DNA of 63,560 nt, the filler included, from Octopus bimaculoides (Eukaryota), in NCBI RefSeq assembly GCF_001194135.2. It is 4 parts of 4 records of this genome, joined end to end, with 100 filler letters (N's around TTAATTAATTAA, not from the genome) between each part and the next. Parts side by side here need not be neighbours in the genome. Positions count along the whole stretch, not along the records: positions 1 to 23,993 come from NC_069007.1; positions 24,094 to 42,277 come from NC_069000.1; 2 more parts are not named here. One strand, 5' to 3'. Below, piece by piece: positions 13,853 to 25,190 of this stretch (position 1 is the first letter of the stretch; each line of letters starts with the position of its first letter). The translations under genes and the position numbers were made by a program. The notes below the pieces were generated by a model. It saw only the letters and a list, made by a program, of their open reading frames with translations. It was not told where the DNA came from and did no database searches.

Positions 13853-13857
<5 letters not shown>
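13570..13857. mobile_element. 288-bp foldback (138-bp arms, 12-nt spacer), each arm carrying a hammerhead-like motif; probable inverted Penelope pLTR pair
   Basis: Arms 13570-13707 and 13720-13857 differ at 9 of 138 positions; right arm gtct-CTGATGA-aGGGATATcccttATATCTCa-GAAA-CAGCTGTA-agac; followed by (TA)n. Confidence 0.85.
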
Positions 13858-13888
<31 letters not shown>

Positions 13889-14041
13889 AAATTTATAAAT
13901 GAAACATTCAAACACTGAGATTTGAAGTTAGATGTCACTACTGTTCATATCATCTGTGGATAAATTCTAAATTTGGTGATATCACCAGTAGTGACATAGG
14001 TAGATCGCAGTTATAATAGCTTTAAGGAGCTATGAATTATA

Positions 14042-14282
14042 AATTTGCACGAAGCGTAATGATGCTTAACAAGCATCTACCTGCTAGAAATAAGAGCTAA
14101 GTCTTAATTGCATAATTGCATAATATTTTTATTTGTGCTGTTAAATGTTTTAATTCTTTCTATTTTCCTCGCATACTGTTTTTCTCTGTTATATTGGTGC
14201 GCTACGGTGGATTAATTCAAGACTTAGCTCTTATTTCTAGCAGGTAGATGCTTGTTAAGCATCATCACGCTTCGTGCAAATT
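14042..14282. repeat. Inverted repeat: 64-bp arms, 1 mismatch, 113-bp spacer; right arm abuts a gap
   Basis: 14042-14105 is the reverse complement of 14219-14282 except A14058/C14266. Confidence 0.92.
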
Positions 14283-14682
14283 NNNNNNNNNNNNNNNNNN
14301 NNNNNNNNNNNNNNNNNNNNNNNNNNNNNNNNNNNNNNNNNNNNNNNNNNNNNNNNNNNNNNNNNNNNNNNNNNNNNNNNNNNNNNNNNNNNNNNNNNNN
14401 NNNNNNNNNNNNNNNNNNNNNNNNNNNNNNNNNNNNNNNNNNNNNNNNNNNNNNNNNNNNNNNNNNNNNNNNNNNNNNNNNNNNNNNNNNNNNNNNNNNN
14501 NNNNNNNNNNNNNNNNNNNNNNNNNNNNNNNNNNNNNNNNNNNNNNNNNNNNNNNNNNNNNNNNNNNNNNNNNNNNNNNNNNNNNNNNNNNNNNNNNNNN
14601 NNNNNNNNNNNNNNNNNNNNNNNNNNNNNNNNNNNNNNNNNNNNNNNNNNNNNNNNNNNNNNTACACATATATATACACATA

Positions 14683-14838
14683 TACGACGGGCTTCTTTCA
14701 GTTTCCGTCTACCAAATCCACTCACAAGGCTTTGGTCGGCCCGAGGCTATAGTAGAAGGCACTTGCCCAAGATGCCACGCAGTGGGACTGAACCCGGGAC
14801 CATGTGGCTGGTAAGCAAGCTACTTACCACACAGCCTA
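14683..14838 (-). mobile_element. SINE family B, 5' half with tRNA-like head
   Basis: Reverse complement GGCTGTGTGGTAAGTAGCTTGCTTACCAGCCACATGGTCCCGGGTTCAGTCCCACTGCG (A/B-box-like) ..AAAGAAGCCCGTCG. Confidence 0.85.
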
Positions 14839-15499
14839 TATATATATTTTCATAATAGCGTTTAAATATTGGGGTTTTTGACTGAATATTTATAGGATTA
14901 TAGGATTAGTCACTTCCAGTTCAGTCATTAAAAACGAATTATTTCACTTTTTCTCAAAGCTTCTTGATTCTTATGATGTAAATTATAAGAGCTGCCTTTC
15001 CGTGGAAAAACAACAGGACCCTCCACTACTACTTGCAAATCTGGAAAGCTGACAGGTACAACCATTCCAGGTCAGAATGGATTAGGAAGTAATGATAAGG
15101 GGTGGCTCCACTCTCCACACAACTCCGGAACTCTCTAACTGGATGCAGTTTAATGTCGTACATAGGACAAATATGTGTGTGTTTATGTTTGTCCTTCTTG
15201 ACAACGGGTGTTTCATGGCTTCCGTCTCTGTTTCCTAGAGGTTCGGCAAAAAAGAAACCGGTGCAATAAGGACCAGGCTTTAAAAAAGTGCAGGGGTCGA
15301 TTTGTTCGACTGAACCCTTCAATGTGGTGTCCCAGCATGACCGCAGCCCGTTGACTGAAAGATGCCAAGTGGGATCGAATCCGGAACCTTGCGGATTCAA
15401 GGCGAAATTCTTGTCCATCTAGTTATAGTATGTCAACCTAAATCAAGTAATTCTATGTAAAATAACTTCTATTGGGTGACCAACATCGAAGCGAAATTA

Positions 15500-16045
15500 A
15501 CGGTTTCAACGGTTCTCGTCAAAATGTTTCTCTATTTCCTCCATTTGTTCATTGCTTCCATACATTTGCGAATTTCACTGACACTTAAGCTGTCAATTCT
15601 CAGTTGACCAAACATTTTATGATCCAGGAATGCTTGAAGAGTAGTCTTTAGATCTCTTATGCTTTTGTACTGCTGAAGTGAAATAGGTAGGATCAGAATA
15701 ATCCTGCTTATTGCACACACTTCTTTCTCTGTAAAACAATACACAGGCTCCGTAGAAAACTTTAGACATTACCTCGCGTCCCTTTAGTTTGAACAGAAGG
15801 CAACAACTTGAGTCCTATTCTGTGATTGTTTCACCCATCCATCCATTTTCGACTCCCACTACTTCTGGGAGGGTTTTGTGGGGTAGAGTTCTCAGGTACC
15901 TCCTCCATAAGGTTTTAGCAGAAGCAACAGTCGTTGTACACAATCATACAGGATCCTGAAGCATGACCAACTGAGGCCTTGGATATTATCCAATCATCTC
16001 GCTCTTTGTCTATCCTTCGGTCTCCTGCCGTTGGTTGTTCCACAC
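15500..16045 (-). mobile_element. RTE (Expander/Rex3-like) LINE 3' end (15834-16045) plus duplicated flank, copy 1
   Basis: NGRRPKDRQRAR*LDNI.. C-terminus and GAAAATGGATGGATGG tail; flank 15500-15833 is shared with 17400-17735. Confidence 0.75.
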
Positions 16046-16385
16046 ACATCTTTCTCTGGAAAACAATGCTTAGGCTCCGCAGAAAAAATCAGGCAGTCCC
16101 TCGCATCCCTTTAGTTTGAAACAAGAGGAAACAAGTTGAGTCCTCTTCATAAATGGACAAAATTGTATCCCAGCTACCGCTCTGTGATTGGTTCCACCTA
16201 CCCATCCAATTCCGACGCCCAGTATTCCTAGGAAGTTCTTGAGAGTAGACTCCTCAGGCATCTTCTACATAGAGTCCTTTAAGAAGCAACAGTCAGGCTG
16301 GATTCTCAAGTGTAAACAATTAAGACTTTGGATATTATCCAACCATCCCGCTCTTGGTCTACTCCCGGGTCTCTTGGACTCGCTT
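16046..16385 (-). mobile_element. Tandem, more diverged copy 2 of the RTE 3' end plus flank
   Basis: TTCTCTG(T/G)AAAACAAT..GGCTCCG and GGATATTATCCAA recur with ~330-bp period. Confidence 0.7.
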
Positions 16386-16643
16386 CAGGAACCTGGGAGA
16401 ACACAGTCTTTGTGCATCCACCGTGACATCGTGGCTTCGATTCCTGGGCTGTGCAGTGTGTTGTATTCTTGATCGAAATACTTTATGTCACGTTGTAAAT
16501 GAGTTACCCTGCGATGCCCCGGGGTCTCATTCGAGGAGAATATAGCTATTCTAGTCACGTATCCACGATGGGAACTGGGTTGTCGGCCTGATGAATCCTA
16601 AGGCTCAAGATAGGCCTAGTTACCTATCTACCTAATAGAATAA

Positions 16644-16677
<34 letters not shown>

Positions 16678-16749
16678 CATACATACATGCATGCATGCAT
16701 ATATACATACATAGACTCAGATACGCACGCACGCACGCGCGCGCATATA

Positions 16750-17090
16750 TGACGTGGTTGTATAATAAGAAGTTTGTTTTCCAACCATATGGTTCCTGGT
16801 TCAGTTCTACTGCATGACACCTAGGGCAAGTGTCTTCTTCTATAGTCCTGAGCTGACCAAGGCATTATGAGTGGATTTGGTAGGCAGAAACTTTAAAAAA
16901 AACCCGGTTGACAAACGGTGTTGGTGTATTTAAGTCGCTGTAACTTAACAGTTCAGCAAAAAAGACCGATAGAATAGGTACAAGGCATAAAAAGAAAAGT
17001 GTTGTGGTCGATTCGTTCGACTAAAATTCTTCAAGGCAGTGCCCAAGCATGGCCGTAGTCTAATGACTAAAAGAAGTAGAAGTTAAAAAT
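16750..17090 (+). mobile_element. SINE family B, near full length
   Basis: CCATATGGTTCCTGGTTCAG..GGGCAAGTGTCTTC..GTGGATTTGGTAG..GACCGATAGAATA..GCATGGCCGTAGTCTAATGACT. Confidence 0.8.
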
Positions 17091-17399
17091 AAAGTTATAT
17101 GTGCGATGTATATAATATGCGATATAAACAAAATGTTTATACAGATGTTGTGTGCTGTTTGCAATTGTGCTATAAAGCAAAGATTATGGTATGTATTATT
17201 GCGAGAATAATGACTTCCATGTTGTAACAATTCCAGTGCGACAGACTTCATGGATTTAAAGACTTGCAGCCTTCAAACCCCAAAACTCGTGGTTCCGAGG
17301 AGAGCTTCTTAACTATTAAGCTATAGTGAGTCTATCTCCATCAAAGAATTATTTGTAATAATTTCTGTTGGCTAAGCAACTGGATTTAACAACATACGA

Positions 17400-17930
17400 T
17401 TTCAACGGTTCTCATCAAAATTTTTCTCTATTTCCTCCATTTGTTCATTGCTTCCATACATTTGCGAATTTCACTGACACTTAAGCTGTCAATTCTCAGT
17501 TGACCAAACATTTTATGATCCAGGAATGCTTGAAGAGTAGTCTTTAGATCTCTTATGCTTCTGTACTGCTGAAGTGAAATAGGTAGGATCAGAATAATCC
17601 TGCTTATTGCACACACTTCTTTCTCTGTAAAACAATACACAGGCTCCGTGGAAGACTTTAGACATTACCTCGCGCCCCTTTAGTTTGAACAGGAGGAAAC
17701 AAATTTGAGTCCTATTCAGCGATTTGTTCCCCCTCGTCCATCTATTTTCGACTCCCACTACTTCTGGGAGGGTCTTGTGGGGTAGAGTTCTCAGGTACCT
17801 TCTCCATAAGGTCCTAATAGAAGCAACAGTCATTATACACAATCAGGCTGGATTCCAGAGGCATGACCAACTGAGGCTTTGTGTATTATCCAACCATCTC
17901 GCTCTTTGTCTATAACTCGGTCTCCCATTT
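17400..17930 (-). mobile_element. RTE LINE 3' end (17735-17930) plus duplicated flank, copy 3
   Basis: RPSYRQRARWLDNTQSLSWSCL..VASIRTLWRRYLRTLP..; the flank ORF is identical to that at 15532-15744 except K/R. Confidence 0.78.
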
Positions 17931-18150
17931 TTGACCCGTTTCGGGATATAGAGACACACAAACTTTATGCTTCCACCGCATGCCTCCCAGAACAATTTGC
18001 AGTTTTATTACTGGTTGTGCAGTCATTGGGTAGGTATTGCAATATAGATTTCAAACGGGTATTGCAATATAGTTTCCAAGCCATATGATCCGAATGCATC
18101 TCTTATTAACCCGTGCGACAGCCTATGTGGTATGATCAGTCGTTGTAACC

Positions 18151-18611
18151 CGGGGATCACCAAAGCGGGTCCAATGGACCCCCTAGGGGTCGGTAAGGAA
18201 TTAAAGGGAGTCGATGAGAGCCAAGGGGTCAAATGGGGGTCGGCGTGCGAAAGACCAGCTCACTCATATGAACTGCTTGAGACACTGAGTCAGCGCCATG
18301 CCCCTCCTTCACATTGATGTTGTCACTTTCGATAAAAGATATTCCAGCAAATATGATGCGTTTTTCACATTTTCTAACCATGAAAACAATTTCATAAAAA
18401 TTGAAAGTTTAATAATGTATACTCGTACACATAGTTTTAAATGTAAAAAGTGTGTCATCCTCAATAGAATTGCTTAATTTGTCGTACATGTATATTTTAG
18501 CTATGGTACGGTAAGGTAGGGTATTAAGATATTTTATATGAGGCGGGTGGTAGATGCGGAAGGTGAAGTGCATAAAGGGGGTCGATGTTCGAAAAAATTT
18601 GGTGACCCCTG
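18151..18611. mobile_element. hAT (Buster/Charlie-type) MITE, 461 bp
   Basis: TIRs CGGGGATCACCAAA / TTTGGTGACCCCTG; flanking 8-mers TTGTAACC / GTCTAACC (6/8 match, central TA). Confidence 0.7.
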
Positions 18612-19072
18612 GTCTAACCCTTTCCATATCGCAGCTGAAAAAAAGCTATGGGTTTGAAATGTTTTAGTGTGTTTAACGTTTTGTGCTTGCATGAAGAGAC
18701 TGGTCCAGAGTTTCGCTCTCAGAATTTGTTTCTTAAATGTGAGAATGTAAGATTCATTAGTACACAGTTGGCAGGGCTTATTGTTGCCTTGGTATGGTTG
18801 TAAGAATAAGAGTATTTTCCAATTCATGCTAAGGGGAGTAATTTTACATTTTAATGTCATAAGAGATTACGAAATTTCTGCCAGCGAAGCCATTGTTGGA
18901 CTTCCAGTTTAAGGATGGCTTAGCTGTCCGAAACATACATACATACATACATACATACATACATACATACATACATACATACATAATACCTATCTATCTA
19001 TCTGTCTGTCTGTCTGTTTATCTGTCTGACGGTCTGTCTCTCAGTCTGTCTGTCTGTCTCTGTCTCTCTGTC

Positions 19073-19138
<66 letters not shown>

Positions 19139-20093
19139 CATATTATTTATATTTGGCAAATTCTTCGATACCCTTCTTTCTGCACAACGCCATTCTTGGA
19201 TCGATATCAAGAACCGATAAAGAAAACAGACACTTTGTTACAAAGCTACGATTATGTGACAAATAAAAAAAAACATAAATAAATAAATAAATAAATAAAT
19301 ATCGGTTCTGTTGAACTCTGGAGACCTTCTAAACCGTCTTCGAGGTTGCAATTCTTATTTTTCTACTTTATTGNNNNNNNNNNNNNNNNNNNNNNNNNNN
19401 NNNNNNNNNNNNNNNNNNNNNNNNNNNNNNNNNNNNNNNNNNNNNNNNNNNNNNNNNNNNNNNNNNNNNNNNNNNNNNNNNNNNNNNNNNNNNNNNNNNN
19501 NNNNNNNNNNNNNNNNNNNNNNNNNNNNNNNNNNNNNNNNNNNNNNNNNNNNNNNNNNNNNNNNNNNNNNNNNNNNNNNNNNNNNNNNNNNNNNNNNNNN
19601 NNNNNNNNNNNNNNNNNNNNNNNNNNNNNNNNNNNNNNNNNNNNNNNNNNNNNNNNNNNNNNNNNNNNNNNNNNNNNNNNNNNNNNNNNNNNNNNNNNNN
19701 NNNNNNNNNNNNNNNNNNNNNNNNNNNNNNNNNNNNNNNNNNNNNNNNNNNNNNNNNNNNNNNNNNNNNNNNNNNNNNNNNNNNNNNNNNNNNNNNNNNN
19801 NNNNNNNNNNNNNNNNNNNNNNNNNNNNNNNNNNNNNNNNNNNNNNNNNNNNNNNNNNNNNNNNNNNNNNNNNNNNNNNNNNNNNNNNNNNNNNNNNNNN
19901 NNNNNNNNNNNNNNNNNNNNNNNNNNNNNNNNNNNNNNNNNNNNNNNNNNNNNNNNNNNNNNNNNNNNNNNNNNNNNNNNNNNNNNNNNNNNNNNNNNNN
20001 NNNNNNNNNNNNNNNNNNNNNNNNNNNNNNNNNNNNNNNNNNNNNNNNNNNNNNNNNNNNNNNNNNNNNNNNNNNNNNNNNNNNNNNNNNNNN

Positions 20094-21010
20094 GTATGAA
20101 GTTGTTGTACTTGTGGGGGTGGCTGTGCTGGCGATGGTAGTGTGGGTTGTGGTGGTTTATAATGGTAGCGCTGGTAGTGGTAGTGGTAGTGGTGGAGTGT
20201 GATGTGATGGTGTATGGTGTTGGTTGTGGTAGTGGTGGTGATGACGACGATGATGATGATGATGATGGTGATGAAGATGATAATGATGAGGGTGGCGATG
20301 ATGCTGATAATGATGATGATGGTGGTGGTGGTGGTGGTGATGATGATGGTGATGATGATGACGACGATGATGATGATGGTGATGGTGATGAAGATCATGG
20401 AGATTATGATGATGATAACAACGACGACGATGATGATGGTGGTGGTTGTGGTGATACTAGTGGTGGTGATGGTACCGGCGGTAGTGGTAGTCGTGGTGAC
20501 TGTGCCGGCAGATTTGGAGGTGATGGAGGAAGTGGAGGAGGTGGAGGTGGAGGTGGTGTTGGAGTGGCATTGGTGGTTATGATGGTGATAATCTGGAGGA
20601 GGAAAAGGAGGAGGAGAGTGAAGAGAAGGAGAATGAAGAGGAGGAGAATGAAGAGAAGGGTGAAAAGGAAGAAGGTGAAGAGGAAGAGGGCGAGGGAAGG
20701 AAGAGGAGGGTGGTGATGATGATGGTGGTGTTTGGTAGTGGTGGTGTTTGGTAGGGGTGGTGGTCGCAAAAGTGATAGTGGTGGTGGTGAAGGTTGTGGA
20801 GGTGGTAGTGGTGGTTGTGGTGATGGTGGTGGTAGTAGTGGTGGTGGGGATGGTGATGATGATGATGATGATGATGGCGGCGGTGCTGGTTTGGTTATGA
20901 GGTCGGCGGCTGTAGTGGGGATTGTGGCGTCTGTTTGGTGTTGGTGGCGAAGGGTGATGGGTGGCGGGAAGTTTGTTTGTCGTTGTTATGGAGATGATAT
21001 TGAGTGGGTG
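20094..21010. repeat. Low-complexity (GGT/GAT/GGA) trinucleotide mosaic
   Basis: Direct reading; unit switches without a coding-like pattern. Confidence 0.9.
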
Positions 21011-21176
21011 TAGAGTTATCAAACCGCGCGAAAACACACCCACACATGCATGTATAATAGGATGCATGTGTATTCCTTAACGTACATACACACTCATAAG
21101 TATATGCATTTGTATGCATGCATATATGTACATATATATACATATATGTACATATATGTATGTATATATATATATG

Positions 21177-21248
<72 letters not shown>

Positions 21249-21410
21249 CATAAACATACACGCACACACATATATATATATTTACATACACACAGATACA
21301 CATATATGTACATATAGGCATACAACCTAAACATACACACGCTTATATATGCATATGGATGCCTATGCATTAGTGTTTGTATGTGCAAGCATGTGTCTGT
21401 TTGTCTGTTG

Positions 21411-21481
<71 letters not shown>

Positions 21482-22204
21482 NNNNNNNNNNNNNNNNNNN
21501 NNNNNNNNNNNNNNNNNNNNNNNNNNNNNNNNNNNNNNNNNNNNNNNNNNNNNNNNNNNNNNNNNNNNNNNNNNNNNNNNNNNNNNNNNNNNNNNNNNNN
21601 NNNNNNNNNNNNNNNNNNNNNNNNNNNNNNNNNNNNNNNNNNNNNNNNNNNNNNNNNNNNNNNNNNNNNNNNNNNNNNNNNNNNNNNNNNNNNNNNNNNN
21701 NNNNNNNNNNNNNNNNNNNNNNNNNNNNNNNNNNNNNNNNNNNNNNNNNNNNNNNNNNNNNNNNNNNNNNNNNNNNNNNNNNNNNNNNNNNNNNNNNNNN
21801 NNNNNNNNNNNNNNNNNNNNNNNNNNNNNNNNNNNNNNNNNNNNNNNNNNNNNNNNNNNNNNNNNNNNNNNNNNNNNNNNNNNNNNNNNNNNNNNNNNNN
21901 NNNNNNNNNNNNNNNNNNNNNNNNNNNNNNNNNNNNNNNNNNNNNNNNNNNNNNNNNNNNNNNNNNNNNNNNNNNNNNNNNNNNNNNNNNNNNNNNNNNN
22001 NNNNNNNNNNNNNNNNNNNNNNNNNNNNNNNNNNNNNNNNNNNNNNNNNNNNNNNNNNNNNNNNNNNNNNNNNNNNNNNNNNNNNNNNNNNNNNNNNNNN
22101 NNNNNNNNNNNNNNNNNNNNNNNNNNNNNNNNNNNNNNNNNNNNNNNNNNNNNNNNNNNNNNATATATATACACACACACACACATTTATATATATATAT
22201 ATAT

Positions 22205-22375
22205 ATATTCTTTTATTCTTTTATTTGTTTCAGTCATTTGACTACGGTCATGCTGGAGCACCGCTTTTAGTCGAGTAAATCGTCCCCAGGACTTATGCTC
22301 TGTAAGCCTAGTCCTTTATTCTATCAGTCTCTTCGGAGGACAAACACAGACACACACATATACACATACATATAG
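22205..22375 (-). mobile_element. SINE family B, 3' half
   Basis: TTTCAGTCATTTGACTACGGTCATGCTGGAGCACCGC..CCCCAGGACTTAT.. Confidence 0.85.
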
Positions 22376-22450
<75 letters not shown>

Positions 22451-22844
22451 NNNNNNNNNNNNNNNNNNNNNNNNNNNNNNNNNNNNNNNNNNNNNNNNNN
22501 NNNNNNNNNNNNNNNNNNNNNNNNNNNNNNNNNNNNNNNNNNNNNNNNNNNNNNNNNNNNNNNNNNNNNNNNNNNNNNNNNNNNNNNNNNNNNNNNNNNN
22601 NNNNNNNNNNNNNNNNNNNNNNNNNNNNNNNNNNNNNNNNNNNNNNNNNNNNNNNNNNNNNNNNNNNNNNNNNNNNNNNNNNNNNNNNNNNNNNNNNNNN
22701 NNNNNNNNNNNNNNNNNNNNNNNNNNNNNNNNNNNNNNNNNNNNNNNNNNNNNNNNNNNNNNNNNNNNNNNNNNNNNNNNNNNNNNNNNNNNNNNNNNNN
22801 NNNNNNNNNNNNNNNNNNNNNNNNNNNNNNNNNNNNNNNNNNNN

Positions 22845-23152
22845 AGCCTCGGGCCGACCAATGCCTTGTGAGTGGATTTGGTAGACGGAAACTGAAAGAA
22901 GCCCGTCGTATATGTGTATATATATGTGTATGTGTGTGTGTGTTTGTATGTCTGTGTTTGTCCCCCCAACATCGCTTGACAACCGATGCTGGTGTGTTTA
23001 TGTCCCCGTAACTTAGTGGTTCGGCAAAAGAGACCGATAGAATAAGTACTAGGCTTCCAAAGAATAAGTCCTGGGGTCGATTTCTTCGACTAAAGGCGGT
23101 GCTCCAGCATGGCCGCAGTCAAAAGACTGAAACAAGTAAAAGAGTAAAAGAG
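22845..23152 (+). mobile_element. SINE family B, young-looking copy with internal TA/TG microsatellite
   Basis: AGCCTCGGGCCGACC..GAAGCCCGTCG(TA/TG)n..GTCCCC..CTTAGTGGTTCGGCAAAAGAGACCGATAG..GACTGAAACAAGTAAAAGAGTAAAAGAG. Confidence 0.88.
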
Positions 23153-23371
23153 TATATATTTACACACGCGCGCGGGCACAAACGCACATACATAATTCCA
23201 TACGCATTTTCCATGTATACAAGAACTGGCCAATCTTTCATCAATAACTACCGACTATGATCAAGTGTAGCCAAAGTATATTTATACACACATATATAAA
23301 AGTATAGATACATACATGCATACATAAATATATACATACATACATAATTACACACACACACACACTCACAC

Positions 23372-23404
<33 letters not shown>

Positions 23405-23764
23405 TATAAATATATAATTATAGACACACAGACACGCAATGTTTCATCTCTCTCAGTTATCACTGCTCTCTCTCTTTCTCTTCTCTTTCTTTTCTTCCTC
23501 TTTCTCCCTAACCCTTTCTCTCTGTCTATCGTCTCCCATTTAACTAATCTCACTTTATCTCTGCTTTTATATATCTCTCTTTCTATATCTTTCTTTATAA
23601 TTTTCTGCCCCTTTTTCCCCCACCTCTCTCACTCGCCTTGTAAATATTACACCTTTTCTCTCTTTCCCATTTCGGTCTGTTTTCATAACCGCAGGCGTAG
23701 CTCTCTGGTGAAGGCGCTCGTTTTGCAACCGTGTAGTTCCAAGTTCAGTCCCATTGCATGACTC

Positions 23765-23855
23765 CTTGAGCATCATGGGTCTTCTACACTATCCCTCGAC
23801 CCGACCAATGCAAATGAATTTGGTGGAAGGACGAAACCTGTTTTATATATGTACG

Positions 23856-23910
<55 letters not shown>

Positions 23911-23993
23911 TTATGTCTGTGTTTGCCACGTCTCCCACAACTTAGCAGTTCGGCAAAAGTCACCGATGAAATAAGTACGAGGCTTAAAGATAA
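23765..23993 (+). mobile_element. SINE family B, truncated by a scaffold join
   Basis: CCGACCAATGC..GAATTTGGTGGAAGG..(TG)n..CTTAGCAGTTCGGCAAAAG. Confidence 0.7.
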
Positions 23994-24093
23994 NNNNNNN
24001 NNNNNNNNNNNNNNNNNNNNNNNNNNNNNNNNNNNNNTTAATTAATTAANNNNNNNNNNNNNNNNNNNNNNNNNNNNNNNNNNNNNNNNNNNN
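23994..24093. other. Artificial scaffold spacer N44-TTAATTAATTAA-N44
   Basis: Exactly 100 bp; identical structure at 42278-42377 and 62034-62133. Confidence 0.95.
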
Positions 24094-24159
24094 AACGTTA
24101 GCACGCCGGACGAAATGCTTAGCGGTATTTCGTCTGTCTTTATTCTCTGAGTTTTGACC

Positions 24160-24619
24160 CAATTTAGCACTGAATTTTATTGCATAGCGATTTTCCAAAT
24201 TACCTTACCGTCCCGACTGCACTCCGCGAACTAGAATCAAAGACAAACAATAGCACCCAGAGAGCACAAACCTCAACCAAGGCAACACCAACGTCCTCTC
24301 AACGATTAACCGGAGATGATTTCTTAAAATGAGAATATCTGAAATAAACTCCACTGCTCTCACAAACGAGAACACTAAAAATGAACCCGACCGCTCTCAA
24401 AAATTAAATAAAAAAAAAACAGAAAAAATAATCCAGAATCCTTGTCCGGTACCGGATCGATCTCAAAATCTAATCAGTTCGTGCCAGTGACGAAGCCAAA
24501 CATCTCTGAAAGTTTCATCCGAATCCATTCGGCGGTTCTTGAGATATCTTGTCTACAGACAAACAAACAAACAAATACGACTGAAAACAATGCCTCCACC
24601 TTCGCCAAGGCGGAGGTAA
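24160..24619. mobile_element. Family D non-autonomous element, Helentron/HINE (DINE-1)-like
   Basis: Terminal stem-loop CCTCCACCTTCGCCAAGGCGGAGGTAA, subterminal (CAAA)n, internal palindrome GTCCGGTACCGGA; homologues at 62134-62386 and 2446-2552. Confidence 0.6.
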
Positions 24620-24699
24620 CTAGAAGTCTGAAAACAAGCATGAACGTTCAGAACAAACTTATGAAAGTGTTTTGGACAGGGGAAGGGTCAATGCTCTCT

Positions 24700-25190
24700 T
24701 CTACTGTTGGTAAGAAGGAAGACAGCTGATTTTGCATGTACTATTTTAAATCTGTTGTAGTGGAGCTAAGTTTCTTGGTGATTACAGTAGCGTTGGAACA
24801 GTTATGCAACAATGTCCGAGGAAAGGTGGAGGTTTATCAGTGTGGTGTCATTTGGATATTTTGTGGAGGTGTGAAAATGTCGTGTAGGAAATAGCAGACC
24901 CTGGAGGTATTCTTCCAATCCATTACACTGTCCTGGCAGCCAGACAGTCTGCTTGCCAGTATTTAACACTATTTCTTAAAGTGGTTTAAATATTTTTTCT
25001 ATGAGTAGACAATGAGTAATAGAGTCGAAAGTTTTGCTGATGTCGATGGTGCTTAAAATAATTCGTATGACAGGTTTTTGTTGTTGAAAGCATCATATAT
25101 TTTCTTAGATTTGTGAGTAATTGGGTAATTGCTTGTCGTGATCTACATCCGTGTTATGATTTGGAGAAAGGCGGATGCGCTGATGAGCGT
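24700..25190 (-). pseudogene. Decayed non-LTR reverse transcriptase fragment (I/Jockey-like)
   Basis: Frameshifted motifs LSPNHNT, KIYDAFNNK, IDISKTFDSITHCLLIEKI, IPPGSAIS (cf. GVPQGS). Confidence 0.6.

Noticed and set aside
14760-14838. tRNA gene candidates (also near 38715, 44209, 46009 and 63000)
   Set aside because: A/B-box-like heads continue into SINE bodies and do not form a full cloverleaf.
16585-16620. CTGATGA within GGCC..GGCC
   Set aside because: No GAAA box downstream.
19355-21067. 570-aa ORF, the longest in the track
   Set aside because: About 40% N and the rest a T/I/P/H trinucleotide mosaic; no domain and no splice support.
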